A model generated the notes under the pieces. It was not told the origin of the DNA. It worked only from the letters and a program-made list of their open reading frames with translations, and did not search any database. From Anaerolineales bacterium (GTDB lineage: Bacteria; Chloroflexota; Anaerolineae; Anaerolineales; UBA11858), in NCBI GenBank assembly GCA_046483045.1, contig JAWODY010000081.1, forward strand, positions 7,502 through 71,501: DNA of 64,000 nucleotides. The letters are read 5' to 3'. Positions 47,994 through 56,720 of this stretch are shown here, piece by piece. Within the stretch, counting starts at the first letter, position 1; each line of letters starts with the position of its first letter. The position numbers and the translations under genes were made by a program.

Positions 47994-49142
47994 TCAGTAA
48001 CGGAATACGGCGGCCAGGGGAGCAACCCCGGGCATTTTCTCGGGCTCTACAGCATACACGGTTCCCCCTTTCAAAATGGTCTGAATGGCAGCCAAGCCGA
48101 GGAGATCCTCATCGCCGGGTTGAGGTTCTTCACGGACGTGGATCGTATTTGTGTCTCTGTCAAACTCCCCCCACACCTGAACGCCGAGGGCAACAAATAA
48201 CGACTCCACCTGCCCGTGCTGTGCTGCCAGTATGGCCTCTTTCACATCGGCTGTGGCCTGGTCTTTACCGGCCAGTTGCTTGTAGCGGGCGGCTGCTTTC
48301 TCCTGGGCCCGCATAAAGATGGGCTGCACGAGCTTCCAGGCCCGGGTGTGCAGCTCTTCGGGGCTCAGTTCCTCCGGGTTGCCCGGTATCCCATCATCCA
48401 GCAGATGCGGGTAGGTATTGGCCTCTTTGTAGAGCGGGAACAGAAATTTGACACCCGCCAGGACCAGAGGCGATTGCTTACCTATCACCAGGTTGGGCAG
48501 CTCTTCGTCAATCCTGTGGAACCAACGCAAAATCCTGTCTTTGTCTTCATCACCGGCGCTGTGGCCGTGAAAAATCGCCGACCCCCTTCCTGCTCTCGGT
48601 GCACTGCCGCTGTGGGACTGCATCTGCTTGTCGAAACTTTCAAAATGAAACGCCTCGGCCATGCTTGTGGGCATCGCCTCTAGATCGATCTCGTCCACCG
48701 TATGCCGCGTGCCTTCCAGCAGCCTGACGTGGTTCTGGCTCAGCGCCAGGACGTAAAAGTGGCCGTCGCTGGTGAGAAAGGGAAGCAGCGGTTTGAGATG
48801 AAAACTGTGGGAGACGATCACCAGCTCCTCAAACGGCAGAGGCAGGCGATAGGAATGAAACTCCTCAGATGTCAAAAGTACCGCCAAACCGTGGCTCTGG
48901 TTCTGCCAGAATTCCTTATCTTGCAGGAGATTCTGGGCTGGCTTCAGCATTTCCTCCACGTCCGGGGAGCGCAAGCCCTTTTCCAGCAACCGTTTTTCTG
49001 CTTTCTGGAGCAGGTTCTTGAAGCGAATGGGATCCTGTTCCGTACCTCGACCTGTCCGATGAGCAGGCATATACAGCGAGACATGCCAGCCAGGACGTCC
49101 GGGTAGAAAGGTTTTCAATTCCTCCATGGTTATGGGGTCCAT
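47994..49142 (-). CDS. baeRF3/baeRF7-type bacterial archaeo-eukaryotic release factor family protein
   Basis: VSLYMPAHR…IRFKNLL, FHLKPLLP, FYVLALSQNHVRLL, PLVLAGV, GQVESLFV, GGTVY…AAVFRY. Confidence 0.85.
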   Translation of the reverse strand: MDPITMEELKTFLPGRPGWHVSLYMPAHRTGRGTEQDPIRFKNLLQKAEKRLLEKGLRSPDVEEMLKPAQNLLQDKEFWQNQSHGLAVLLTSEEFHSYRLPLPFEELVIVSHSFHLKPLLPFLTSDGHFYVLALSQNHVRLLEGTRHTVDEIDLEAMPTSMAEAFHFESFDKQMQSHSGSAPRAGRGSAIFHGHSAGDEDKDRILRWFHRIDEELPNLVIGKQSPLVLAGVKFLFPLYKEANTYPHLLDDGIPGNPEELSPEELHTRAWKLVQPIFMRAQEKAAARYKQLAGKDQATADVKEAILAAQHGQVESLFVALGVQVWGEFDRDTNTIHVREEPQPGDEDLLGLAAIQTILKGGTVYAVEPEKMPGVAPLAAVFRY

Positions 49143-49527
49143 TTCAAAGACTCCTTATGTTTGTTTCCTCCGAATATAGAAAAATGAACGCGCTCTAACA
49201 GACAAACGTGATGGCGTAATCCCCGGTGGCCCGTTCGGCCCTCAAAACCCCCTTCCTTTTGAATGGCAGATATGGCAGAAACACCAGGGCCTTCTCTCTC
49301 CTGCTATTCTTCACTTATCAGTATATCAAACCATTTATGCCGGTTGGCAGACAGGGTCTCTGGGCAAAGTATAACCTGTAAGAAAAAACATTTCCAAAGT
49401 AAAATTTTGTACCGTGCAGCATCTATGGACTCCAATCCTTCGGGCTATCTCCCTTTTATTGCGGCTGCTTTCCACAAGGGCATATACCTGATAGCGTTGC
49501 CTCCCAGGTCAGATAGCCTTCCCCGCA

Positions 49528-49556
49528 TTGCACCTCATCCTCCCGCGTGATAGAAT
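49528..49556 (+). promoter_or_regulatory. sigma70 promoter for the DUF151 gene
   Basis: TTGCAC-17-TAGAAT with TG extension. Confidence 0.65.
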
Positions 49557-49599
49557 AACTAGGCGAAAAGGCAGCGAAAAAAGCACGGGAGAATACGTT

Positions 49600-50202
49600 A
49601 TGTCCGACATGGTCGAAGTGGTCATTGACAGCATCCGGGTCAGCCTGATGTCCCAGCAGCGGGTGATCATCCTCCGCGAGGTGGGCTCCGAGCGCTACCT
49701 ACCGATCATGGTCGGCATCTATGAAGCCGAACACCTGACCCTGGCCATGCAGAACGTGGAGGTCTCCCGGCCCCTGACCTACGACCTGTTCGTGAACATG
49801 CTCGAAACCCTGGGCGCCGAGGTGATCCATGTCGAGGTGGTCGCCCTGCGCGAGGAAACCTACTACGGCAACATCGTGGTCAACATCAACGGCACGATGC
49901 ACAACATTGACTCCCGCCCCTCCGACGCCATGAACCTGGCCGTGCGCCTGGATGTGCCCATCTTCGCCTCCCGCGAGGTGCTGGACGAGGCCGGCCTGGT
50001 CCCCGAAGAGGACCTCTCCGAGGAAGGCCTGGAAGGCGAAACAGAAGTCGAGAGCGAACGGCTGTCCGTCTTCGAAGATTACCTGGACCAGATCAAGGGC
50101 GAAGGGGGCAGCGCTGAGGCCCAGGCCGAAGGGAAAGAAGAAGACGAGGAAGAAGAGGAAAACGAAGCGCCCGATGAAGAGGATGAGGGCGAAGAAGAGT
50201 AG
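49600..50202 (+). CDS. Bifunctional nuclease family (DUF151) protein
   Basis: RYLPIMVGIYEA, RPLTYDL, IDSRPSDAMNLA; acidic tail. Confidence 0.93.
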   Translation: MSDMVEVVIDSIRVSLMSQQRVIILREVGSERYLPIMVGIYEAEHLTLAMQNVEVSRPLTYDLFVNMLETLGAEVIHVEVVALREETYYGNIVVNINGTMHNIDSRPSDAMNLAVRLDVPIFASREVLDEAGLVPEEDLSEEGLEGETEVESERLSVFEDYLDQIKGEGGSAEAQAEGKEEDEEEEENEAPDEEDEGEEE

Positions 50203-50379
50203 CTTCCCCCCCTGAAACATGATCCTGCTGAGATCCTATCTGCCGGCGCAGCCGGGAGGGAGGAACCGCTCCCCACCGCCGCCGGCGGTTTATATTTAAG
50301 GTTGAATCCTTTGTCCTCTCCCGCGCTTGGTGTACAATAGAAAAACCAACCAAACCAAACACAGCCCCCTATCCTACCT

Positions 50380-51762
50380 ATGACCGAAGCCGTCTCTTTT
50401 GACAACATCCCCGAATCCTCCGGACCGACCATGGTCCCCAACAGCCGGGAGGCCGAAGAAGCCGTCCTGGGCGCCGTGCTGATCAACCCCGAAGCCTATT
50501 ACGACGTGGCCCAGTTTCTGCAGGTGGAGGATTTTTACATCCACCGCCACCGCTGGATCTGGGAGGCCTTCGTCCAGCTCCACGAGCGCAACGAGGCCAT
50601 CGACTTCGTGACCGTGACCGAAGAGCTGGACCAGATGGGCCACCTGGGGGACGTGGGCGGACCGGCCTACGTCACGAAACTGATCAACAACGTGCCCTCC
50701 TCCCTGCACGCCGAGGCCTACGGGCGGCGGGTGGAGGAGACCGCCATCCGGCGCCGGATGCTGGAGGCGGCCAACAAGATCGCCAAGCTGGCCTACGAGG
50801 AAAACGTCAGCCTAGAAACGGTGATGGACGACTCCGAGAAGGCGGTCTTCAATGTCAGCGAGCGCCGGCTGACCCGGGATCTGAAACCGATTCAGTCCGT
50901 GCTCAGCGATTACTTCGACCGCATCGAGGAGCTCTCCCAGCGGGACGACGAGCTGGTGGGGGTGCCGACCGGGTTCATCGACATCGACAAGATGCTGGGC
51001 GGGCTGCAGCCGTCGGACTTATTGATCATCGCCGGGCGCCCGGGGATGGGCAAGACCGGGTTCTGCATCTCCGCCGCCAAGAACGCGGCCCTGACCCACA
51101 AGAAGCACGTGGCCATCTTCTCCCTGGAGATGTCCAACGAGCAACTGGTGCAGCGCCTGATCGCCCAAGAGACGGGGATCGACTCCACCCAGCTGCGCTC
51201 CGGGAAGCTGGACCCGGACCAGTGGCCTCTGTTCACGCAAGCCATCGAGGTCCTGAACGACACGCACATCTTCCTGGACGACACCCCGGCCCTGACCCCG
51301 CTGCAACTGCGCACCAAGTGCCGCCGGCTGCACTTGGAGCACCACCTGGACCTGGTCATCGTCGATTACCTGCAGCTGATGACGGGCGATATACGGACCG
51401 ACAACCGCGTCCAGGAGGTCTCGGCGATCTCCCGCAACCTGAAGATATTAGCCCGGGAATTAAACGTGCCGGTATTGGCCGCGGCCCAGCTCTCGCGGGC
51501 CGTGGAGCAGCGCTCCGACAAGCGCCCGGTGCTGTCCGACCTGCGCGAATCGGGCTCTCTGGAGCAGGACGCGGACATCGTGATGTTCATCTACCGCCCA
51601 GAATTATACGAGGAAGACACCCTGCACCAGAACCTGGCTGAGATCATCGTCGCCAAGCACCGCAACGGGCCCACGGGCGAGGTGCAGCTGGTATTCCGCA
51701 AAAACCTGGCCAAATTTGAAAACGCGGCCCGGCATGAAGTCGACCTCTCCCAGGTGGCATAA
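50380..51762 (+). CDS. dnaB: Replicative DNA helicase
   Basis: AGRPGMGKT, FSLEMS, VDYLQLM, AQLSR, DLRESGSLEQDAD, KHRNGPTG; no intein. Confidence 0.98.
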   Translation: MTEAVSFDNIPESSGPTMVPNSREAEEAVLGAVLINPEAYYDVAQFLQVEDFYIHRHRWIWEAFVQLHERNEAIDFVTVTEELDQMGHLGDVGGPAYVTKLINNVPSSLHAEAYGRRVEETAIRRRMLEAANKIAKLAYEENVSLETVMDDSEKAVFNVSERRLTRDLKPIQSVLSDYFDRIEELSQRDDELVGVPTGFIDIDKMLGGLQPSDLLIIAGRPGMGKTGFCISAAKNAALTHKKHVAIFSLEMSNEQLVQRLIAQETGIDSTQLRSGKLDPDQWPLFTQAIEVLNDTHIFLDDTPALTPLQLRTKCRRLHLEHHLDLVIVDYLQLMTGDIRTDNRVQEVSAISRNLKILARELNVPVLAAAQLSRAVEQRSDKRPVLSDLRESGSLEQDADIVMFIYRPELYEEDTLHQNLAEIIVAKHRNGPTGEVQLVFRKNLAKFENAARHEVDLSQVA

Positions 51763-51766
51763 ATTT

Positions 51767-52471
51767 ATGACCTTTGAAGGATTTCCTTCCGGAAAAATCA
51801 ACTTCACCAGGATCCCATCCCTCTTTTTCCGGGAACTGCTCCCGGAGATCGACAGCCTGGAGGAATTGAAAGTCACCCTCTACGCCCTGTGGCAGGTGAC
51901 GCGCATGGAAGGGGAAACCCGCTACCTGCGGCAGGACGACTTCAGCAGCGACCCGACCTTCATGGAGGGCATGGGGGAGACGGCAGAGGACGCGCAGCAG
52001 GCCCTGGAGGAGGGACTGGCCCAGGCTGTGGCCCGGGGCACGTTGATGCGGGTGGATTTTGACCACCAGGGCGAGAAGACCGCGGTGTATTTCTTCAACT
52101 CCCCCAAGGGGCGGGCAGCCGTCAAAGCCGCCGAGGACGATTCCTGGCAGCCGCCGGACCGGGAAGCGCCGAGTACGACTCTGGACATCGAGCAACCCAA
52201 CATCTACCAGCTTTACGAGGAGAACATCGGGCCCATCACGCCGCTGGTAGCGGACCTGCTGCGGGACGCGGAGGAGCAGTATCCCGAGAACTGGATCCGC
52301 CAGGCCTTTGAGATCGCCGTGGAGAACAACGTCCGGAAGTGGAAATATATCGAAGCTATTTTACGCAGCTGGCAAGAAGAGGGACGAGATGACCGAAGAG
52401 ATCAACGATATTCTGAAAAGAGCCGCCGAGAATATCTCGAAGACGAGTTCGCAGACTTCATCGAAGACTGA
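51767..52471 (+). CDS. DnaD-domain replication protein
   Basis: N-terminal wHTH-like ELKVTLY; C-terminal NIYQLYEENIG…WIRQAFEIAV…WKYIEAILRSW (YxxxILxxW). Confidence 0.88.
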   Translation: MTFEGFPSGKINFTRIPSLFFRELLPEIDSLEELKVTLYALWQVTRMEGETRYLRQDDFSSDPTFMEGMGETAEDAQQALEEGLAQAVARGTLMRVDFDHQGEKTAVYFFNSPKGRAAVKAAEDDSWQPPDREAPSTTLDIEQPNIYQLYEENIGPITPLVADLLRDAEEQYPENWIRQAFEIAVENNVRKWKYIEAILRSWQEEGRDDRRDQRYSEKSRREYLEDEFADFIED

Positions 52472-53777
52472 ACGGGCTGCCCAGGACACGCCCGGCGACC
52501 CCGCCTGCGAGATCTGCGGCGGACTGGGCTACATCCGCAAGGATGTGCCCATGGGGCACCCTGAGTTCGGGAAGATCTTCCCCTGCAAATGCCGCCGGGG
52601 GCAGTTCAAGCGTAAGGTGCGCCAGGACCTGTACAAGATGAGCGACCTGAAGGAACTCTCCCACCTGACCTTCGAGAACTTCAAACCACGGGGGCAGATC
52701 GGGATCGGGCCGGCCCAGGCTGACTCCCTGGAGCAGGCCTTCAACCACGCCCGGCGCTTTGCCCGCAAGCAGGAAGGATGGCTACTGCTGCAGGGCCGCT
52801 ACGGGTGCGGGAAAACGCACCTGGCCGCCGCGGCCGCCAATTTCGCGGTGGACATGGGCGTGCCCACCCTGTTCATCACCGTGCCCGACCTGCTGGATTC
52901 GCTGCGCTTCTCCTACAACGACCCCAAAGCGCCCTTTGAAAAGCGCTTCAAAGAAATCCGCTCCTCCCCCCTGCTGGTGATGGATGATTTCGGGACGGAG
53001 AACGCCACCAGCTGGGCCCAGGAGAAACTTTTCCAGATCCTGAACCACCGCTACATCAACGAGCTGCCGCTGCTGGTGACCACCAACCTGGCCCTGGACC
53101 AGATGGAAGGGCGCATCAGCTCCCGCCTGCAGGACCCGGAGCTGGTGACCTCGGTCAAGATCCTGGCCCCCGATTACCGGCGTCCGATGGATGACACCGG
53201 GCACCCGGCGCTGTCCTCGCTGGCATTGCTGGGGGAACGGACCTTCGGTAACTTCAACCTGCGCAAGAACGAAAACCTGGAAGCGGACGAACGCAAGCGG
53301 CTGGAAAGAGCCTTCCACGCTGCGCGGGAATTCTCAGAAAATCCCCGGGGCTGGCTGGTCTTCATGGGCAAATACGCCAGCGGGAAAACCCACCTGGCGG
53401 CATCTATCGCCAACTACCGGGCCGGGAAAGGCGTCCCGCCCCTGTTCGTGATGGTCCCCGACCTGCTGGACCACCTGCGGGCCACCTTCAACCCGGACAG
53501 CGCGGTGAGCTACGACCGGCGCTTCGACCAGGTCAAGACCACGCCCCTACTGGTGCTGGACGACCTGGGCACGCAGTCCATGACCCCCTGGGTGAAGGAG
53601 AAGCTCTACCAGCTCTTCAACTACCGCTACAACGCGGAGCTGCCCACGGTGATCACCACCTCGGACAAGCTGAGCGAGATCGACCCCCGCATCCGGAGCC
53701 GGATGCTGGACCAGCGCATCTGCCGCATCCACGCCCTGACCGTGCCGCCCTACCGGGGCGGGAAACCCCTGCGCTGA
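52389..53777 (+). CDS. DnaC/DnaI/IstB-like helicase loader with Zn finger and two tandem AAA+ domains
   Basis: CEICGG…PCKC; GRYGCGKT/LLVMDDFG/RISSRL and GKYASGKT/LLVLDDLG/RIRSRM. Confidence 0.88.
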   Translation: MTEEINDILKRAAENISKTSSQTSSKTERAAQDTPGDPACEICGGLGYIRKDVPMGHPEFGKIFPCKCRRGQFKRKVRQDLYKMSDLKELSHLTFENFKPRGQIGIGPAQADSLEQAFNHARRFARKQEGWLLLQGRYGCGKTHLAAAAANFAVDMGVPTLFITVPDLLDSLRFSYNDPKAPFEKRFKEIRSSPLLVMDDFGTENATSWAQEKLFQILNHRYINELPLLVTTNLALDQMEGRISSRLQDPELVTSVKILAPDYRRPMDDTGHPALSSLALLGERTFGNFNLRKNENLEADERKRLERAFHAAREFSENPRGWLVFMGKYASGKTHLAASIANYRAGKGVPPLFVMVPDLLDHLRATFNPDSAVSYDRRFDQVKTTPLLVLDDLGTQSMTPWVKEKLYQLFNYRYNAELPTVITTSDKLSEIDPRIRSRMLDQRICRIHALTVPPYRGGKPLR

Positions 53778-53787
53778 GCGGACTCGG

Positions 53788-53951
53788 TTCTGGATCCAGA
53801 TGGGTCCCCGCACAATCTACATCGTCTATTACGCCCTACGGATGAGGAGGGATCGTACCTGGTAACGCTGGAGGTCACCCAGGACATCACAGAGATCCAA
53901 AAATTGGAAGGCGAACGCCAGCTGCTGCAGTACGACCAGGAAGCGGACTAA
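53788..53951 (+). pseudogene. Relic of the C-terminal PAS domain of a DUF438-type protein
   Basis: FWIQMGPRTIYIVYYALR / frameshift / DEEGSYLVTLEVTQDITEIQKLEGERQLLQY. Confidence 0.7.
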
Positions 53952-54054
53952 ACACCCCCTGAAATGGGCACAGCTGTTTCACCCCAATGCACAGCCAACA
54001 GAGCAGCTGGTACAATGTACCCAATGTTTTGACGGTTTTTTTAGAGGTATGTTT

Positions 54055-54933
54055 ATGCCCCACAAACACGACCATTTCCCCGAAACCAGCGAGAAAATCC
54101 GCACCGCCTTCCTGCTCAACCTGGGGTTCGCGGTCTTGGAGCTGTTCGGGGGCTGGTGGGCCAACAGCGTGGCCATCCTCTCCGACGCGGTGCACGACCT
54201 GGGGGACAGCTTTTCCCTGGGCCTGGCCTGGTACCTAAATAATATATCCCAACGGGAAAAAGACGCTCGCTTCTCGTACGGCTACCACCGCTTTTCGCTC
54301 CTGGGCGCCCTGCTCAACGCCGGGATCCTGATCGGCGGGGCGATTTTCGTCCTCTCCAAAGCGATCCCCCGCCTGTTGAACCCGGAAAGCGTGCAAGCGC
54401 CACGGATGATCCTCTTCGCAGTGATCGGCGCCCTGGTCAACGGGGCCGCCGCCCTCAACCTGCGGGACAGCAAGAACCTCAACGCCCGGTTGGTATCATG
54501 GCACCTGATGGAGGACATGCTGGGCTGGATCGCGGTCTTGATTGTCTCCCTGATTCTGCTCTTCGTTGACCTGCCTATTTTGGACCCCATTCTCTCCATC
54601 CTGATCACCGGTTTCGTGACTTTCAATGTCCTCAAGAACCTGCGTGAGACGATCGGGGTCTTTCTGCAGTCTGTGCCGGGTGACATCGACGTCCGGGAGA
54701 TCGACCAGGAGCTGCAGAGCATCCCCGGCGTGGTCTCCACGCACCACACCCACGTGTGGTCCCTGGACGGGGAGAACCACGTCCTGACCACGCACATCAA
54801 CCTGGGCCCCTCCGCGTCCCGGGAGAAAGCCTCGCAAGTCAAAGAGGACATGAAATCCATCCTGGAGCCGCACGACTTTTTCCACCTCACCGTGGAGATC
54901 GAATTCGGGGAAGAAGACTGCGCCATGTGCTGA
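54055..54933 (+). CDS. Cation diffusion facilitator (CzcD-like Zn/Co/Cd exporter)
   Basis: SVAILSDAVHDLGD, FSYGYHR, HLMEDMLGW, HHTHVWSLDG. Confidence 0.95.
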   Translation: MPHKHDHFPETSEKIRTAFLLNLGFAVLELFGGWWANSVAILSDAVHDLGDSFSLGLAWYLNNISQREKDARFSYGYHRFSLLGALLNAGILIGGAIFVLSKAIPRLLNPESVQAPRMILFAVIGALVNGAAALNLRDSKNLNARLVSWHLMEDMLGWIAVLIVSLILLFVDLPILDPILSILITGFVTFNVLKNLRETIGVFLQSVPGDIDVREIDQELQSIPGVVSTHHTHVWSLDGENHVLTTHINLGPSASREKASQVKEDMKSILEPHDFFHLTVEIEFGEEDCAMC

Positions 54934-55064
54934 CCCGCGCCCCGGCGGACCAACCTCTAATCTAACAGAGTTCTTATTTTCTTTCCCCCGCCAGCGGGTA
55001 CAATGGAAGTAAGCAAAGGGAATACGCACCTTCCCTTACCCATGAGAAACGGAGGCAGCAGACC

Positions 55065-55340
55065 ATGAGTGGAACCGAGAAAGTCCTCATGAAAAGTGAG
55101 GAAGAAAGAAGTTTAGCCGATGTGGCCCGCTTCCTGCGCGATTTGGCTGACAAGATCGAAACCAACCAGCTCACCCTGCATCAGGGAGGTGAAGAGATCA
55201 TCCTCGACCTGACAGATCCCATCACCCTGGAGCTGAAAATGGAAGAGGAAGATAAGGGCAGCCGCACCAAACACCAGTTTGAGATTGAACTGGAGTGGTA
55301 CCCGGGAGAAGAAGGCGGGGCGATCAGCCTAGGTTCGTAA
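55065..55340 (+). CDS. Amphi-Trp domain protein (copy 1)
   Basis: [23 protein letters not shown]…FEIELEW. Confidence 0.85.
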   Translation: MSGTEKVLMKSEEERSLADVARFLRDLADKIETNQLTLHQGGEEIILDLTDPITLELKMEEEDKGSRTKHQFEIELEWYPGEEGGAISLGS

Positions 55341-55371
55341 CCGCTGGCTGGATGGAAGGGGGTGCAGGCCC

Positions 55372-55398
55372 AACGCCGCTCCTTGAGCGGCGTTTTTT
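55372..55398 (+). terminator. Intrinsic terminator
   Basis: AACGCCGCTC-ctt-GAGCGGCGTT followed by TTTT. Confidence 0.85.
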
Positions 55399-55436
55399 GT
55401 ATGGCGAACAGGGAAGCTCCACCCTGTCGGCCTACA

Positions 55437-55469
55437 GTGTCATCCCGTACATGGCGTTCGGGATGACAC
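55437..55469. repeat. REP-like palindrome
   Basis: GTGTCATCCCG-N11-CGGGATGACAC; related degenerate units at about 21113-21142 and 30612-30635. Confidence 0.45.
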
Positions 55470-55528
55470 CGGGGCAAGCGTCATGGTGTATACTAGAAAA
55501 AACACGTATCTCCCGAGGAGAGAAAGGT

Positions 55529-56137
55529 ATGTCTTCGAAAAAAGAATTCCTGCGCTCCCGCCCCCATCCCTGGCACGGCCTAGAAGTGGGCCCTGATCCG
55601 CCCAGTATGGTGTACGCCTTCATCGAGATCACACCCTTCGATCTCGTAAAATATGAACTGGACAAAGGCAGCGGCTACATGGTAGTTGACCGCCCGCAGG
55701 TGACCTCCTCCCTGCCGCCCGCACTTTACGGGTTCATCCCCCGCACCTACTGCGGAGAGCGCGTGGGGGATTTGATGAAAAATGCCAAAGGCGGCGACAA
55801 AGACCCATTGGACATATGCGTCCTGAGTGAGCGCTCAATCAATCAGGGAGATATCCTGCTCAGGGCCCGCGTGGTCGGCGGACTTCCCACTCTGGACAAC
55901 GGGCGGGCGGACGATAAAATCATCGCTGTCCTAGAGGACGACGCCCTGTGGGGGAAGGTAGAACACATTTCCGACCTGACCACCGCGGTGGTGGACCGCC
56001 TGAGCCATTACTTTAGCACCTACAAACTGCGCCCTGATGAGTTCACCGAGGTAGTGGTGGGGGAACCCTACGGCCCCGAACACGCTGAAAAAGTGATCCG
56101 GACCGCCATCAAAGATTACAATCAAGCCTTCGGATAA
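55529..56137 (+). CDS. ppa: Family I inorganic pyrophosphatase
   Basis: [42 protein letters not shown]. Confidence 0.95.
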   Translation: MSSKKEFLRSRPHPWHGLEVGPDPPSMVYAFIEITPFDLVKYELDKGSGYMVVDRPQVTSSLPPALYGFIPRTYCGERVGDLMKNAKGGDKDPLDICVLSERSINQGDILLRARVVGGLPTLDNGRADDKIIAVLEDDALWGKVEHISDLTTAVVDRLSHYFSTYKLRPDEFTEVVVGEPYGPEHAEKVIRTAIKDYNQAFG

Positions 56138-56271
56138 GATATGAAAGGCTCAGGCACCTGCTCTAAAAGCAGCCCGTAAAATATTTATACATCTCTTAAA
56201 CGATTCCTGGCCGGGATTGGGTAAAATAGAAGGGAAGGTAAAGAGAACACAGCACAAATCTAGGAGGCAAC

Positions 56272-56544
56272 ATGAGCGGAAAGAAAACCATCCTTATGCA
56301 AAGCGAAGAGAAACGCAGCCTGGCTGACCTGGCAGGATTTTTGAGAGAACTGGCCGACAAAATCGAGCACAACCAGCTGACCATGAAGCAGGGGGGAGAA
56401 AGTTACAACCTCACCCTCCCGGACCCGGTCACCCTGGAATTGGAGCTGGAAGACAAGGATAAGAAAGGCCGCACCAAACGCCAGCTGGAAATTGAGATCG
56501 AATGGTACCTCGGAGAGGAGGAAGGCTCGATCAAACTCGATTGA
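56272..56544 (+). CDS. Amphi-Trp domain protein (copy 2)
   Basis: QSEEKRSLADLAGFLRELADKIE…LEIEIEW. Confidence 0.85.
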   Translation: MSGKKTILMQSEEKRSLADLAGFLRELADKIEHNQLTMKQGGESYNLTLPDPVTLELELEDKDKKGRTKRQLEIEIEWYLGEEEGSIKLD

Positions 56545-56720
56545 GACAAGCTGAAAAGTCCATCCCAAGTCCCCCTTGAAGGGCGGCTTTTTTTAATTCC
56601 TCCTCCTCAACACAACCACAAGAACTGCTCCCTTTTCCTTTCATGATCAATATCCACACAAGATTTTAACAGGAATGGTGATCGGATATAATTAACAGGC
56701 AGCCCACCCAAGAGGAAACT

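Noticed and set aside
46352-49458. Shared short motifs TGGCAGACAGGG and CGGGCTATCT in two intergenic regions (about 46368 and 49345)
   Set aside because: 10-12-bp matches are expected by chance in 64 kb, and their spacing differs
52389-53777. IS21 element suggested by IstB-like ATPase domains
   Set aside because: No istA transposase or terminal inverted repeats; the gene is operonic with dnaB and the DnaD-like gene
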